DNA of 55,077 bases from a virus. Lineage: Duplodnaviria > Caudoviricetes. Within the stretch, counting starts at the first letter, position 1. Every line of letters starts with the position of its first letter. The notes under the pieces are model-generated. The model saw only the letters and a program-made list of their open reading frames with translations. It did not search any database and was not told the origin of the DNA. This document shows, one piece after another, positions 1 through 7,901 of this stretch. The translations under genes were made by a program, and so were the position numbers. Location: positions 1 to 55,077 of IMG/VR virus record IMGVR_UViG_3300027676_000003; one strand, written 5' to 3'.

Positions 1-452
1 AAGCCTTTCATGACAGGCACCAGCGGAATCTCGATATCGCATTCGTCAAGAATCTCCTTGAGTACGACGGCGGTCTTGTCCCCGGAGGCGACCGCAGCGT
101 GGAAGGCAGCAAGGGTGTTCAACTTCACCCGCTTCGTATTGATGGCGACAAAGCTTTGAGCCTGCTGCTCGAAATCGAGCCCGCTGACGATGAGGCACGG
201 CAGCTCGGGAACATCCTTGCGAGACCGCGCGACGACGAGACGGTGATGTCCATCCAGAACGGCGTATTTCTTTTCCGCCGGCACTAAACAGACGATCAGC
301 GCACCACACAAAGACCACGAGAAGTTTTTCTTAAGATAATCGAGATTCGTCTCGCTCGCGCGCGATTTCGTATTCCGCTGATAGCGGCTGTCCACGTAGA
401 GCTTTTCCACGCTAACCCACTTCAGTTCCGGTTTCGGGCCAGGATCGCTCAC
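1..452 (-). CDS. ParB/Srx-like N-terminal domain protein, runs off the left edge (not in ORF track)
   Basis: Hand translation from GTG at 452: VSDPGPKPELKWVSVEKLYVDSRYQRN...YAVLDGHHRLVVA..., open to position 1; VD-x-x-YQR and DGxHR are ParB-like motifs. Confidence 0.75.
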   Translation of the reverse strand, partial: MSDPGPKPELKWVSVEKLYVDSRYQRNTKSRASETNLDYLKKNFSWSLCGALIVCLVPAEKKYAVLDGHHRLVVARSRKDVPELPCLIVSGLDFEQQAQSFVAINTKRVKLNTLAAFHAAVASGDKTAVVLKEILDECDIEIPLVPVMKG

Positions 453-504
453 AGGCTGCCCCCCCCCGCGTGTTTCATGGTCATACTTTTCTCCTGTTGA
501 TCGT

Positions 505-789
505 TCATTCGCTGTCCATGCTTTCCACCCGCGCGCGCAGGGTCTGAAGATCCCTCCGCATCCGGTTGAATTCCTTAAGGAACGAGTTCAATCCGCTGCC
601 GCAGTTGTGCCCCATTGAGTGCGTCTCGCGCAGCTCCGCGTCGCTCACACGGTGAATATGCTCAAGCGATTCGACGCGAACCCCCAGCGCCTGGATTGCC
701 GCTTCCATGGTTTGCGTCTGCGTCAGATGCATGCCTTTCGTGCGCGCGGCGATCGTTCCCAGCTTCTTTTTCTTCATGACGATATTCAT
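505..789 (-). CDS. phage hypothetical coiled-coil protein
   Basis: ATGA overlap with the upstream ORF stop at 786-789; same strand as operon. Confidence 0.6.
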   Translation of the reverse strand: MNIVMKKKKLGTIAARTKGMHLTQTQTMEAAIQALGVRVESLEHIHRVSDAELRETHSMGHNCGSGLNSFLKEFNRMRRDLQTLRARVESMDSE

Positions 790-1016
790 GTGACTACCCA
801 TTCACGCTTCCCCGTGAACTGCGACTGTCCCAGCATCTTCCTGCGTTGGTTCGCGCGGCGCATAATGTCGTCCACATTCGCGTGAACGTACTGTCCGTTT
901 GTCCACAGAAAATAGGCGTGCCACTCCACACGCAGCACGTCACGCACGATGCGGAGGGCCAGATCGAAGTCGGCGGGGCGTTCGGGGGCTTCGCATGTCG
1001 CGGCCAGGTGCATCAT
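786..1016 (-). CDS. phage hypothetical protein
   Basis: Coupled by ATGA overlaps on both sides. Confidence 0.55.
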   Translation of the reverse strand: MMHLAATCEAPERPADFDLALRIVRDVLRVEWHAYFLWTNGQYVHANVDDIMRRANQRRKMLGQSQFTGKREWVVT

Positions 1017-2671
1017 GCGGCCCTCGCCTTCAGGTATTGCTGCGCGAGCAGCTTGATTCTCGATTCGTCCGAGTAGACCTGTTTCACGCCTGCGAGCGGG
1101 TCAGTAATACCCCGTGACTGACTGGCCTTGAGTCCGAGAACACCGATTATCAGAGGGTCGGAGCCGCCATTTGTCGGAAGATAGATCGCCGTGACTTCGC
1201 TCTCCTGTCCCGGCCGGTCAAGCCGTCCGATGAGTTGCTCATGGACCTTCGGGCTCCAGTCCAGCTCTCCAAGCACGGCGGTGTAGCACCGCTTCTGCAG
1301 GCCATCCAAACCGGCGCCAGACCGGAGGGAAATAATCAACAGGTTCGTCTCTCCTGCTGTGAATGCAGCCTTCGCGCGGTCCTTTGCCGCAGGACTTTCC
1401 GTGCCGGTATACATAACAGGGTTGAACTGCCCTAGCTCCTTCAGCCAGATGTCGTACACCTCGCGGTGCCAACCGGCGAGCAGGACCGGGATGCCGGATT
1501 CCAGCAGGATTCTGACGTAGGCCGCTACATGGCGGGCCTTCGCGACGCCGGTAATCTGCCGGGCGAGCATGTCCAATTCGCGTGCCGCCTGCCCGCGCTC
1601 AACAAAGCTTCCGGTCATTACCTTAAGAGCGAGTGTATTTGCAAGATCAGCGGCGCTATCGGCCACCTCCTGATCGAACGGAACCTCGTGAACGATGGTG
1701 TTTATCGGCCTCCCGGACCTCACCCTGCGCAGGACCAGATGTTGCTCACGCAGGTAGGTTCCAAGAGCGTCCGGATCTTTGACAACGTACTTTCCATTTC
1801 CGCTTCCGCTGCACCATTCCCGGATGAATTCATCACGGGCTCCAAGGGCACCGGGCTCGATCAGCTCGATGATGGGAAATATCTCGTCGCCGTAGTTGAA
1901 AATGGGCGTCGCGGAAAGCCCCATGCGCAACGTCCCCGCATGGTGCGCAAGTATTTGCGCCGCCGCCCCCTTGGCAGTGGACGGCCCGTGCCGGAGCTGT
2001 TGAATCTCATCGAAGATCACCGACCTGAATATGCCTTGGGCGAAGATATCCACCCATCCAGCGATATTGGAATAGCGGAAGATGTATACGTCTGCCGACG
2101 GCAGTGAATACGGTTTCATCCCTTTTATGACGTGGCATTTGAGTGTGGTGAACTTCGCCACGAAATCATCGCGCCATTGTGTCGCCAGATGCGGCTCGAC
2201 CACGATTGCCGCAGGAAGATAACGGCCTTCATTGATCGCCCCGAGCGCCGTCACGGTTTTCCCAAGACCAACATCATCCATCAGCAATAGCCGACCCCGC
2301 GCACGGGAAACCTCGATCGCCTGCAGTTGGTTGGGATAGGGCGCAAGGCCGTCCCGGAAGCCGCTGAACGCCGGCGGCTGGTAATCCGGCAACAGAATGC
2401 GCTCGACATGATCCCGCATCGCCTCGAAGCTGCGCTTGCCATTCGTGAGTCGTTTCATGTCTGGCACGGAAATCTCCACCGGATAGCGCTGGATGAACCA
2501 GTGAAGATCGGCGCAGATATCCGGCGTATCCGTAAGGGAATATGGCGCCGTGGATGTCTTCGGGATGCGCTGAAAATTGCTCTTTAGCCGGATCGCAACG
2601 TGGGGCGGAACGGCAGCCAGCTCCCATTTGCCTTTACTGTAGATCAATTGCCCGTAGGTGGTTTGCGTCAT
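1013..2671 (-). CDS. SNF2-family helicase
   Basis: DDVGLGKT (motif I), IFDEIQ (II), LSATP (III), GAGLDGLQ, EQLIGRLDRPGQ (VI); start moved to the ATGA overlap at 2668-2671. Confidence 0.9.
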   Translation of the reverse strand: MTQTTYGQLIYSKGKWELAAVPPHVAIRLKSNFQRIPKTSTAPYSLTDTPDICADLHWFIQRYPVEISVPDMKRLTNGKRSFEAMRDHVERILLPDYQPPAFSGFRDGLAPYPNQLQAIEVSRARGRLLLMDDVGLGKTVTALGAINEGRYLPAAIVVEPHLATQWRDDFVAKFTTLKCHVIKGMKPYSLPSADVYIFRYSNIAGWVDIFAQGIFRSVIFDEIQQLRHGPSTAKGAAAQILAHHAGTLRMGLSATPIFNYGDEIFPIIELIEPGALGARDEFIREWCSGSGNGKYVVKDPDALGTYLREQHLVLRRVRSGRPINTIVHEVPFDQEVADSAADLANTLALKVMTGSFVERGQAARELDMLARQITGVAKARHVAAYVRILLESGIPVLLAGWHREVYDIWLKELGQFNPVMYTGTESPAAKDRAKAAFTAGETNLLIISLRSGAGLDGLQKRCYTAVLGELDWSPKVHEQLIGRLDRPGQESEVTAIYLPTNGGSDPLIIGVLGLKASQSRGITDPLAGVKQVYSDESRIKLLAQQYLKARAA

Positions 2672-3018
2672 AGCCACCCCCTGCCAAGCTGGAGAAGCCA
2701 GAGACTCTTTCCGTTCACCGTGGCGGGCAGCCCGATGGCGATATTGCTGGCGAGAATCAGGTCCGTCACTTCCTCGTAGCGGCAATATCGCTTACATTGA
2801 CGGAAAATGGCGCTCTTGGAGCCGCCGACCTTGACCTCGATGAAGGCCGACCCAATTCGGAAGTCGGGTATGTCGTCTTCGCCAAGTCGGTATTCGCGGT
2901 CGAAGGCGGTTCCCGCATCCTCAAGGGCCTTCGCAATGGCCGCCTGGCACTGCTTCTCTGAAGTCAGAGGAAAACGGTGTAGTTGAAGAATGGCAATGAT
3001 TTCCTGAGGAGTGCTCAT
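2668..3018 (-). CDS. PD-(D/E)XK-like nuclease-fold protein
   Basis: IPDF-x6-IEVK pattern; coupled to the helicase. Confidence 0.6.
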   Translation of the reverse strand: MSTPQEIIAILQLHRFPLTSEKQCQAAIAKALEDAGTAFDREYRLGEDDIPDFRIGSAFIEVKVGGSKSAIFRQCKRYCRYEEVTDLILASNIAIGLPATVNGKSLWLLQLGRGWL

Positions 3019-3371
3019 GCCAAATCCCTCAAAATGATTCGGGTTGCCTTCCGCTCCGCGCGCTCGAATTTCACGGGCAGCAGCTCCACGCCCTGACGGT
3101 TGTCATCGATGAGCATTCCGCAGCAAACCAAGGCGTCATTCAGGCTTTTGAAATACGAGTCAGGGTCACAAGCCCGCTGCCTTTTGGCGAGCGTGATGAC
3201 CACCTGGAGGGACCGTTTGCCGGTTGCCTTGGGAACCTGGGCGGAAACAGCATAGGCCCACACAATGCGGGCATCCGACTTCTTTTTCCGTGCGGCTTTG
3301 GCCCAATGCCCCAGCAGCTTATTGAGCGGGGTCGGATTCCAATCCGGAATCGTGATGACGTACTCGGCCAT
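3015..3371 (-). CDS. RusA-like Holliday junction resolvase
   Basis: RACDPDSYFKSLNDALV..GMLIDDN matches RusA D-x-D-N..K..D pattern; GGGGAG RBS before ATG 3371. Confidence 0.7.
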   Translation of the reverse strand: MAEYVITIPDWNPTPLNKLLGHWAKAARKKKSDARIVWAYAVSAQVPKATGKRSLQVVITLAKRQRACDPDSYFKSLNDALVCCGMLIDDNRQGVELLPVKFERAERKATRIILRDLA

Positions 3372-3502
3372 TAGGCACGGCTCCCCTGTTTTGTCTTTTG
3401 CACAGCCGTTTCTGGCGAGACTGTGTTGTCCGGTGCCCGTTGAGGGCTTTTTGTTAGGCACGGCCCGGCTTTTGCCGGTGGTTTTTGTTGGGCACGTTTA
3501 GG

Positions 3503-3703
3503 CTATTTTCTGCGAGGCTTCGGCTTTGCTTTCAGCGCCATCTGTGATGTTTTCGGCGTCAGATTGCCCTTCAGGAAGGTAAAGTAAGCGTTCGCCCGCT
3601 CTACTACCTGATCAGGCGTAAGGGTGATCGTGATGCTTGTCGAAGAAACCGCCAGGCGCAACGCCTCAAGCCGATTCTCATCGTCACTACAATGGATTGC
3701 CAC
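3503..3703 (-). CDS. small phage protein with basic tail
   Basis: Strong AAGGAGG RBS before GTG. Confidence 0.65.
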   Translation of the reverse strand: MAIHCSDDENRLEALRLAVSSTSITITLTPDQVVERANAYFTFLKGNLTPKTSQMALKAKPKPRRK

Positions 3704-3808
3704 GCTATGTCCTCCTTTGGTTGATTGTTCGTAGGCACGGCACTCTGCCCGATATTTACTTACGCGTCGGGTGCCGCGCGTTGCCCCTTAGCCTGGGCGG
3801 GGCTTTCA

Positions 3809-4480
3809 TTAGGCGGCTTTCTTCTCCGCTGAATCATCCTTGAAAAGCAGCGCCCGCACCGCACAATCCTTAGCCTCAAGCGCTCGCTCGATAGGCCATC
3901 CGTCCATGATTCTTCTCCTGAACTTCAAATAGGAAACACCGCTACGGCGGGACCACCCTGCCATCGTGTCGGTTATTCCGTTAAATTCTATGAATCTGAC
4001 AGTCGATCTATTTGCCGCCTGCGCACCAGGAAGCGCCCAGCAACAATTGGCGGGATTGTATCCCTCCTCGCCCTTTTTTCGCTCAACGGAGTGGCGCGGG
4101 CTTGGCCTCGGCCCCATATCTCGGTAGAATACTTCAAAAGAATCAATCCACTCCTGGCATATGGTAATGCCCCTTCCCCCGTACCGATGATAAAAGCGGC
4201 TCTTCGGGTTTAGGCACCTCGTCTTCATGTGGCACCAAGCTCGGTATTCAGCGGTTCTTCTCATTCCATGAGTCTTGAACACCCGCGATGGCATCTCCAC
4301 GCGCCAGCAACCGCAGGACTTCGTCAGACCGCGAAGTAACGCGCTGCTATAAACCACGCTTTGTGTGCCGCAATCACAGAGGCAATTGAACCGCGTCTTG
4401 CTTCCGCAGCCGTTCTGGGCGCGAGAGAGCACTACAAGCCGACTGAAGCGCTGCCCAATAAGGTCCGATGGGTTGGTCAT
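3809..4480 (-). CDS. phage HNH homing-endonuclease-like protein
   Basis: DLIGQRFSRLVVL, CLCDCG, KSCGC, YGGRGITIC, NCCWA motifs of this family. Confidence 0.85.
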   Translation of the reverse strand: MTNPSDLIGQRFSRLVVLSRAQNGCGSKTRFNCLCDCGTQSVVYSSALLRGLTKSCGCWRVEMPSRVFKTHGMRRTAEYRAWCHMKTRCLNPKSRFYHRYGGRGITICQEWIDSFEVFYRDMGPRPSPRHSVERKKGEEGYNPANCCWALPGAQAANRSTVRFIEFNGITDTMAGWSRRSGVSYLKFRRRIMDGWPIERALEAKDCAVRALLFKDDSAEKKAA

Positions 4481-4674
4481 TCTTTGAAAATCACGGCCCT
4501 TACGGCTGCGTCCTTTCCCTCCAAGAGTTTTCTCAGCGCCGTCGATTTCTCAGGATTGTTCGGCAGTGAAGCTTCAAGGGTCTGCGCCAACTCGCGGAAG
4601 GGGGCGCTTACCTCCTGAAGGTGAGGTGGCAGGTGACCATAGGCAAAGAACTGCATCAGGTAGGATTTCGACAT
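4477..4674 (-). CDS. small helical-hairpin phage protein (65 aa)
   Basis: GAGGAG RBS; FFAYGHLPPHLQ...EKSTALRKLLEGKDAAVRA. Confidence 0.8.
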   Translation of the reverse strand: MSKSYLMQFFAYGHLPPHLQEVSAPFRELAQTLEASLPNNPEKSTALRKLLEGKDAAVRAVIFKE

Positions 4675-4779
4675 GGGCACTTCTCCTCTTGGTAGTCGGT
4701 TAATACGGTGATCGCCCCGCTGCCTTAGGAATTCCGACGTTTCGCGGCTGGTGAAACGGGAATTGCGGGGCGATCTTGG

Positions 4780-4856
4780 TGGTAGCGGGGGCTGGATTCG
4801 CACCAGCGACCTCTTGGTTATGAGCCAAGCGAGCTACTAGGCTGCTCTACCCCGCG
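4780..4856 (-). tRNA. tRNA-Met(CAT), initiator-like variant, 77 nt with encoded CCA
   Basis: Cloverleaf: CGCGGGG/CCCCGCT acceptor, GAGC/GCTC D stem, CTTGG-CTCATAA-CCAAG, GCTGG-TGCGAAT-CCAGC, ACCA end. Confidence 0.92.
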
Positions 4857-4863
4857 ATAATCG

Positions 4864-5124
4864 TTATTCCTCCTCCTGTTTCACCGGCTCGATCTCGCAG
4901 AGCGAAACCGAAACACGGTATTGCTTTCCTGTTTCCTTGTTCCTGAAGGCTTTCTGCCAGCGCAAGCCGTCCTGATCCGCGAGCCCCGAATACTGCCGCA
5001 TCAGGGCAAGCATGAAGGCCTTGATGTCCAGGATCGGTTTTTCAACGACCTCGCGCTCCGGCTCAGCAGGGCGTCCATTCACCAGCACGTCGAGCATTTT
5101 GGCGAAGCTTTCAGTTCCGATCAT
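4864..5124 (-). CDS. phage hypothetical protein
   Basis: ATGA-coupled to upstream gene, GGAGG RBS. Confidence 0.65.
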   Translation of the reverse strand: MIGTESFAKMLDVLVNGRPAEPEREVVEKPILDIKAFMLALMRQYSGLADQDGLRWQKAFRNKETGKQYRVSVSLCEIEPVKQEEE

Positions 5125-5468
5125 GCTTCGTCCCCTCCAAAGTTGAAACTGCTTTGCATGCCAAGCGCGGCGCAGTACGTCGCCAGCATATGCTCGGTCT
5201 CATCGCGCTCGGCAGGGTCGAGCTTACGGAGGGCGATTATTTTGCGGAGGGTCTTTACGTCGAAGCCTCCAGATTTCGCCTCGGCATATACCTCAGTGAT
5301 ATCGCTGGCGAGTTCGGCCTTTTCCTCATGCAGGCGCTCGATGCGTTCCACGATGGCGCGGAGCTGATCGGCGGCGATACCGCCAGTCCTCACCGGCTGT
5401 TTGCCTTCAGGGGAAACACGGTGGGGGGTATGGGGAGAGGTTTGGGGCGATGGAGAGGGTGTGCTCAT
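5121..5468 (-). CDS. gapR: GapR-like DUF2312 nucleoid-associated protein
   Basis: [16 protein letters not shown]...[26 protein letters not shown]...YCAALGM signature. Confidence 0.9.
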   Translation of the reverse strand: MSTPSPSPQTSPHTPHRVSPEGKQPVRTGGIAADQLRAIVERIERLHEEKAELASDITEVYAEAKSGGFDVKTLRKIIALRKLDPAERDETEHMLATYCAALGMQSSFNFGGDEA

Positions 5469-6283
5469 GCGGCGGCCTTTCTTGCGTGCGAAAGCCAGCT
5501 CTCCCAACGCCTGCAGTCCATGACCACGAGTTTTTCTGCCGTATCCAAGAGCGGCAGGTAGTCCCGGCCGTCGCTGTCAAATCGGGCCATATAACTTTCG
5601 ATATAGTCATAAACCTTATTTGCAAGGCGCAACGATACGCCGGCGGCGCCCGGTGCTCGAATGGCATCTACAAAGCCGGCATCGCCTACCGCAGCTAGGC
5701 CGAACTCCTCCCGCTGGACGCGCGCGCATTCCAAAAACCGCTCAACAATGACTAGCAGCCCTTTATCATCGTTACGCATGCGGACCTTACAGATGAGATC
5801 GGATCGCCATTCCTCGATGAGAACTCGCTTCATTTGCTCGACCCTGGCGGCAACCGCACGCTGTTTCTCTTCCGCCTGAGCTGCAGCGGATGCCTCTTCA
5901 CGTTTCCGACGCTCCTTGCGCCCTCTGAGCGATTCGGTAACATTTGCCGGGACGATTCCGTTGTACGAGCGGTCCGCTTTGAAGGCATCTGAGATCAGCG
6001 TCGCCTCATGCATCTGCGCTTCTTCCTCGCTCCCGTACGTGGATATCACCGTGAATGTGAAGCTCGTTGCCCCATGGCGATTAAAGTCTTCCTGCATCTG
6101 CAGCCGAGGATGCTTGCCGGTGCGCAGCATCGAGCGGTGGGTGGAGAGGCGTGAGCGAACGTTGCGTGACCAGCCGGTATACGATTTTCCAGTCTCCGCA
6201 CAGATGATGGAATAGACGCCGATTGTAGAAGCAGGCGATGACGTCTCATTCTGGAAGCCTTCTAAATTACTGACAGCAATCAC
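5465..6283 (-). CDS. GIY-YIG nuclease domain fused through a coiled coil to a probable Cro-like HTH
   Basis: GVY...SYTG.S.NVRSRL..H; C-terminal [16 protein letters not shown]. Confidence 0.75.
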   Translation of the reverse strand: MIAVSNLEGFQNETSSPASTIGVYSIICAETGKSYTGWSRNVRSRLSTHRSMLRTGKHPRLQMQEDFNRHGATSFTFTVISTYGSEEEAQMHEATLISDAFKADRSYNGIVPANVTESLRGRKERRKREEASAAAQAEEKQRAVAARVEQMKRVLIEEWRSDLICKVRMRNDDKGLLVIVERFLECARVQREEFGLAAVGDAGFVDAIRAPGAAGVSLRLANKVYDYIESYMARFDSDGRDYLPLLDTAEKLVVMDCRRWESWLSHARKAAA

Positions 6284-6370
6284 AACTTCATCCCCGTTTA
6301 TGCTTTTTTCTATTGACTTCGCCGCGTTGCGGCATATTTGTTAACGCCACCTCGTCACTTTAATGATTTC

Positions 6371-6592
6371 TTAAGGAGAATGCTCAATGCCTTCAGTCAC
6401 GACAAAATCGGGCGGTATCACTCTTTCAAGTTTGTTCAGGGTATCCAAAGTCGGATTCCACCTCTCGCAATCCATGCCACGTAGGATGCCCTCTGATACC
6501 TTCGCCTGCTTCGCCAAACGCGATTTCGGGATATTTCGGCTTATCCGGTATTGCCGGATTCGCTCAATGCTCACTGCGATGCTCTGGTTCAT
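6371..6592 (-). CDS. cro: Cro-like HTH regulator
   Basis: KSRLAKQAKVSEGIL...WNPTLDTLNKL; divergent from cI. Confidence 0.8.
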   Translation of the reverse strand: MNQSIAVSIERIRQYRISRNIPKSRLAKQAKVSEGILRGMDCERWNPTLDTLNKLERVIPPDFVVTEGIEHSP

Positions 6593-6602
6593 ATAGCGGC
6601 GC

Positions 6603-6672
6603 ATCATAATCGTAATGTATTGCGACTGTCAACTGGATTTTCGCAATATATTGCGCTCGTAATTTGCTACGA
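6603..6672. promoter_or_regulatory. OR-like region: three 16-bp operators and leftward promoter
   Basis: tcgtaatgtattgcga 6610-6625, tcgcaatatattgcgc 6641-6656, tcgtaatttgctacga 6657-6672; minus-strand TTGACA-18-TATGAT flanks the first. Confidence 0.85.
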
Positions 6673-6691
6673 AGACATTACCTTGCCGCTC

Positions 6692-7363
6692 ATGTCATTA
6701 ACTACCCTTGACCTTCCCTCAAACCCAGCCGAGCGCTGGCGCGTTTTGATTCGCGGCGTCATGCAACAGAAAAACATAAAACTGACCCCTTGGGCTCGAT
6801 CAGCTGGAATAAGCGAAGGAACCTTGAGAGCTTTTCTAAAAGGTGATACAAGAACTATGCAGATCGAGACAGTAGAGCGCCTATTAAGCGCCGCCGGTTC
6901 CTCACTTGAAGAGGCGCTGGGACACTCGCCAGGGAGGAGAAAAGTGCCGATTATTGGAACCGTCGGGGCTGGGGCTCAGGTCGTCCCTGTAGATGACCTC
7001 CCGCTTATTCCGAAACTCATAGCGGACACCGAGCGCGAGTACATCAACTGCGAGTGGGTTGATGCGCCGCCAGGTGTCGCTGATGAAGGAATCGTCGCGT
7101 TAAAGATAAAGGGCGATTCGATGATGCCGTATATGCGGGACGGCTCCATTGTCTATTACTCCGACCGGTTTTTAGGGGGCGCACCCGACCAGTGCCTTGA
7201 CCGGTTGTGCGTAGTCCAGATTGGAGACGGAGCCACCTTTGTCAAGATTGTTGAAAGGTCTCAACTGCACGGGAAGTTCGATCTGAAGAGCTACAATTTC
7301 CATACTATGCGCGATGTGACACTTGCATGGTGTGCTCCGGTAATCTTCATCAAGCCAGCTTGA
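6692..7363 (+). CDS. cI: CI-like repressor (HTH + S24 peptidase)
   Basis: N-terminal HTH, VGAG cleavage site, IKGDSM and FVK catalytic dyad motifs. Confidence 0.92.
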   Translation: MSLTTLDLPSNPAERWRVLIRGVMQQKNIKLTPWARSAGISEGTLRAFLKGDTRTMQIETVERLLSAAGSSLEEALGHSPGRRKVPIIGTVGAGAQVVPVDDLPLIPKLIADTEREYINCEWVDAPPGVADEGIVALKIKGDSMMPYMRDGSIVYYSDRFLGGAPDQCLDRLCVVQIGDGATFVKIVERSQLHGKFDLKSYNFHTMRDVTLAWCAPVIFIKPA

Positions 7364-7371
7364 GTGAGTAT

Positions 7372-7512
7372 ATGAATGACAATGAACCATTGATATTCGA
7401 CTGCATGGACCTGCTGGCCGTGGTTATCGTCTGCGTAATCGACCTACTTCTCTGCGTAGCTGTACTAAGTCTACCAGTCTGGATAGTTTGTAAGATCATA
7501 ACCCTGTTTTAA
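7372..7512 (+). CDS. small membrane protein downstream of cI (exclusion-like position)
   Basis: Long hydrophobic stretch; 8 bp after the cI stop. Confidence 0.45.
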   Translation: MNDNEPLIFDCMDLLAVVIVCVIDLLLCVAVLSLPVWIVCKIITLF

Positions 7513-7581
7513 GAGCATAAGCTTCAACCGCAGCCAGATGTTGCTTCGTAACCATCTGAGCGTGCTTAATATGTCTCCAAA

Positions 7582-7634
7582 TCGTAATGTATTGCGATTT
7601 TTCCCTTGCGAATCGTAATAGATTGCGATAGGGT
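7582..7634 (+). promoter_or_regulatory. OL-like region: two operators and rightward promoter
   Basis: tcgtaatgtattgcga 7582-7597 (identical to 6610), tcgtaatagattgcga 7613-7628 inside TTGCGA-17-TAGGGT. Confidence 0.85.
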
Positions 7635-7665
7635 GGCCTCGCTTGATTCAACCCGTGAGGTCCCA

Positions 7666-7899
7666 ATGTCTAACATCACCCCCGCCGAGTCTGCGAGTCG
7701 CGACGTTCTCGTGCGCGGCATCTATGAGGAGGCACGCAGGCGCCAGGCACCTCATATCGCCTACGCGCTTTTCCATGACCTGGGCGTGACGAGAGAGGAG
7801 GTGCATTCGCATCTCGGGTACGCCATCAGCGATTATTACCAGATTTACGTCACGGACAAGCGTCGTGCCGCCGCAACCCCCAAAGTCGAAGGAGCTTAA
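7666..7899 (+). CDS. first gene of rightward early operon, hypothetical
   Basis: GAGG RBS before ATG 7666. Confidence 0.65.
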   Translation: MSNITPAESASRDVLVRGIYEEARRRQAPHIAYALFHDLGVTREEVHSHLGYAISDYYQIYVTDKRRAAATPKVEGA

Positions 7900-7901
7900 T
7901 C

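Noticed and set aside
99-287. 62-aa + ORF
   Set aside because: Shadow of the minus-strand ParB-like gene
4780-4856. tRNA as an integration site
   Set aside because: It lies inside a phage operon and no duplicate of its 3' end was seen in the window
6313-6345. TTGACT plus short hairpin as a PRE-like promoter
   Set aside because: No convincing -10 at proper spacing
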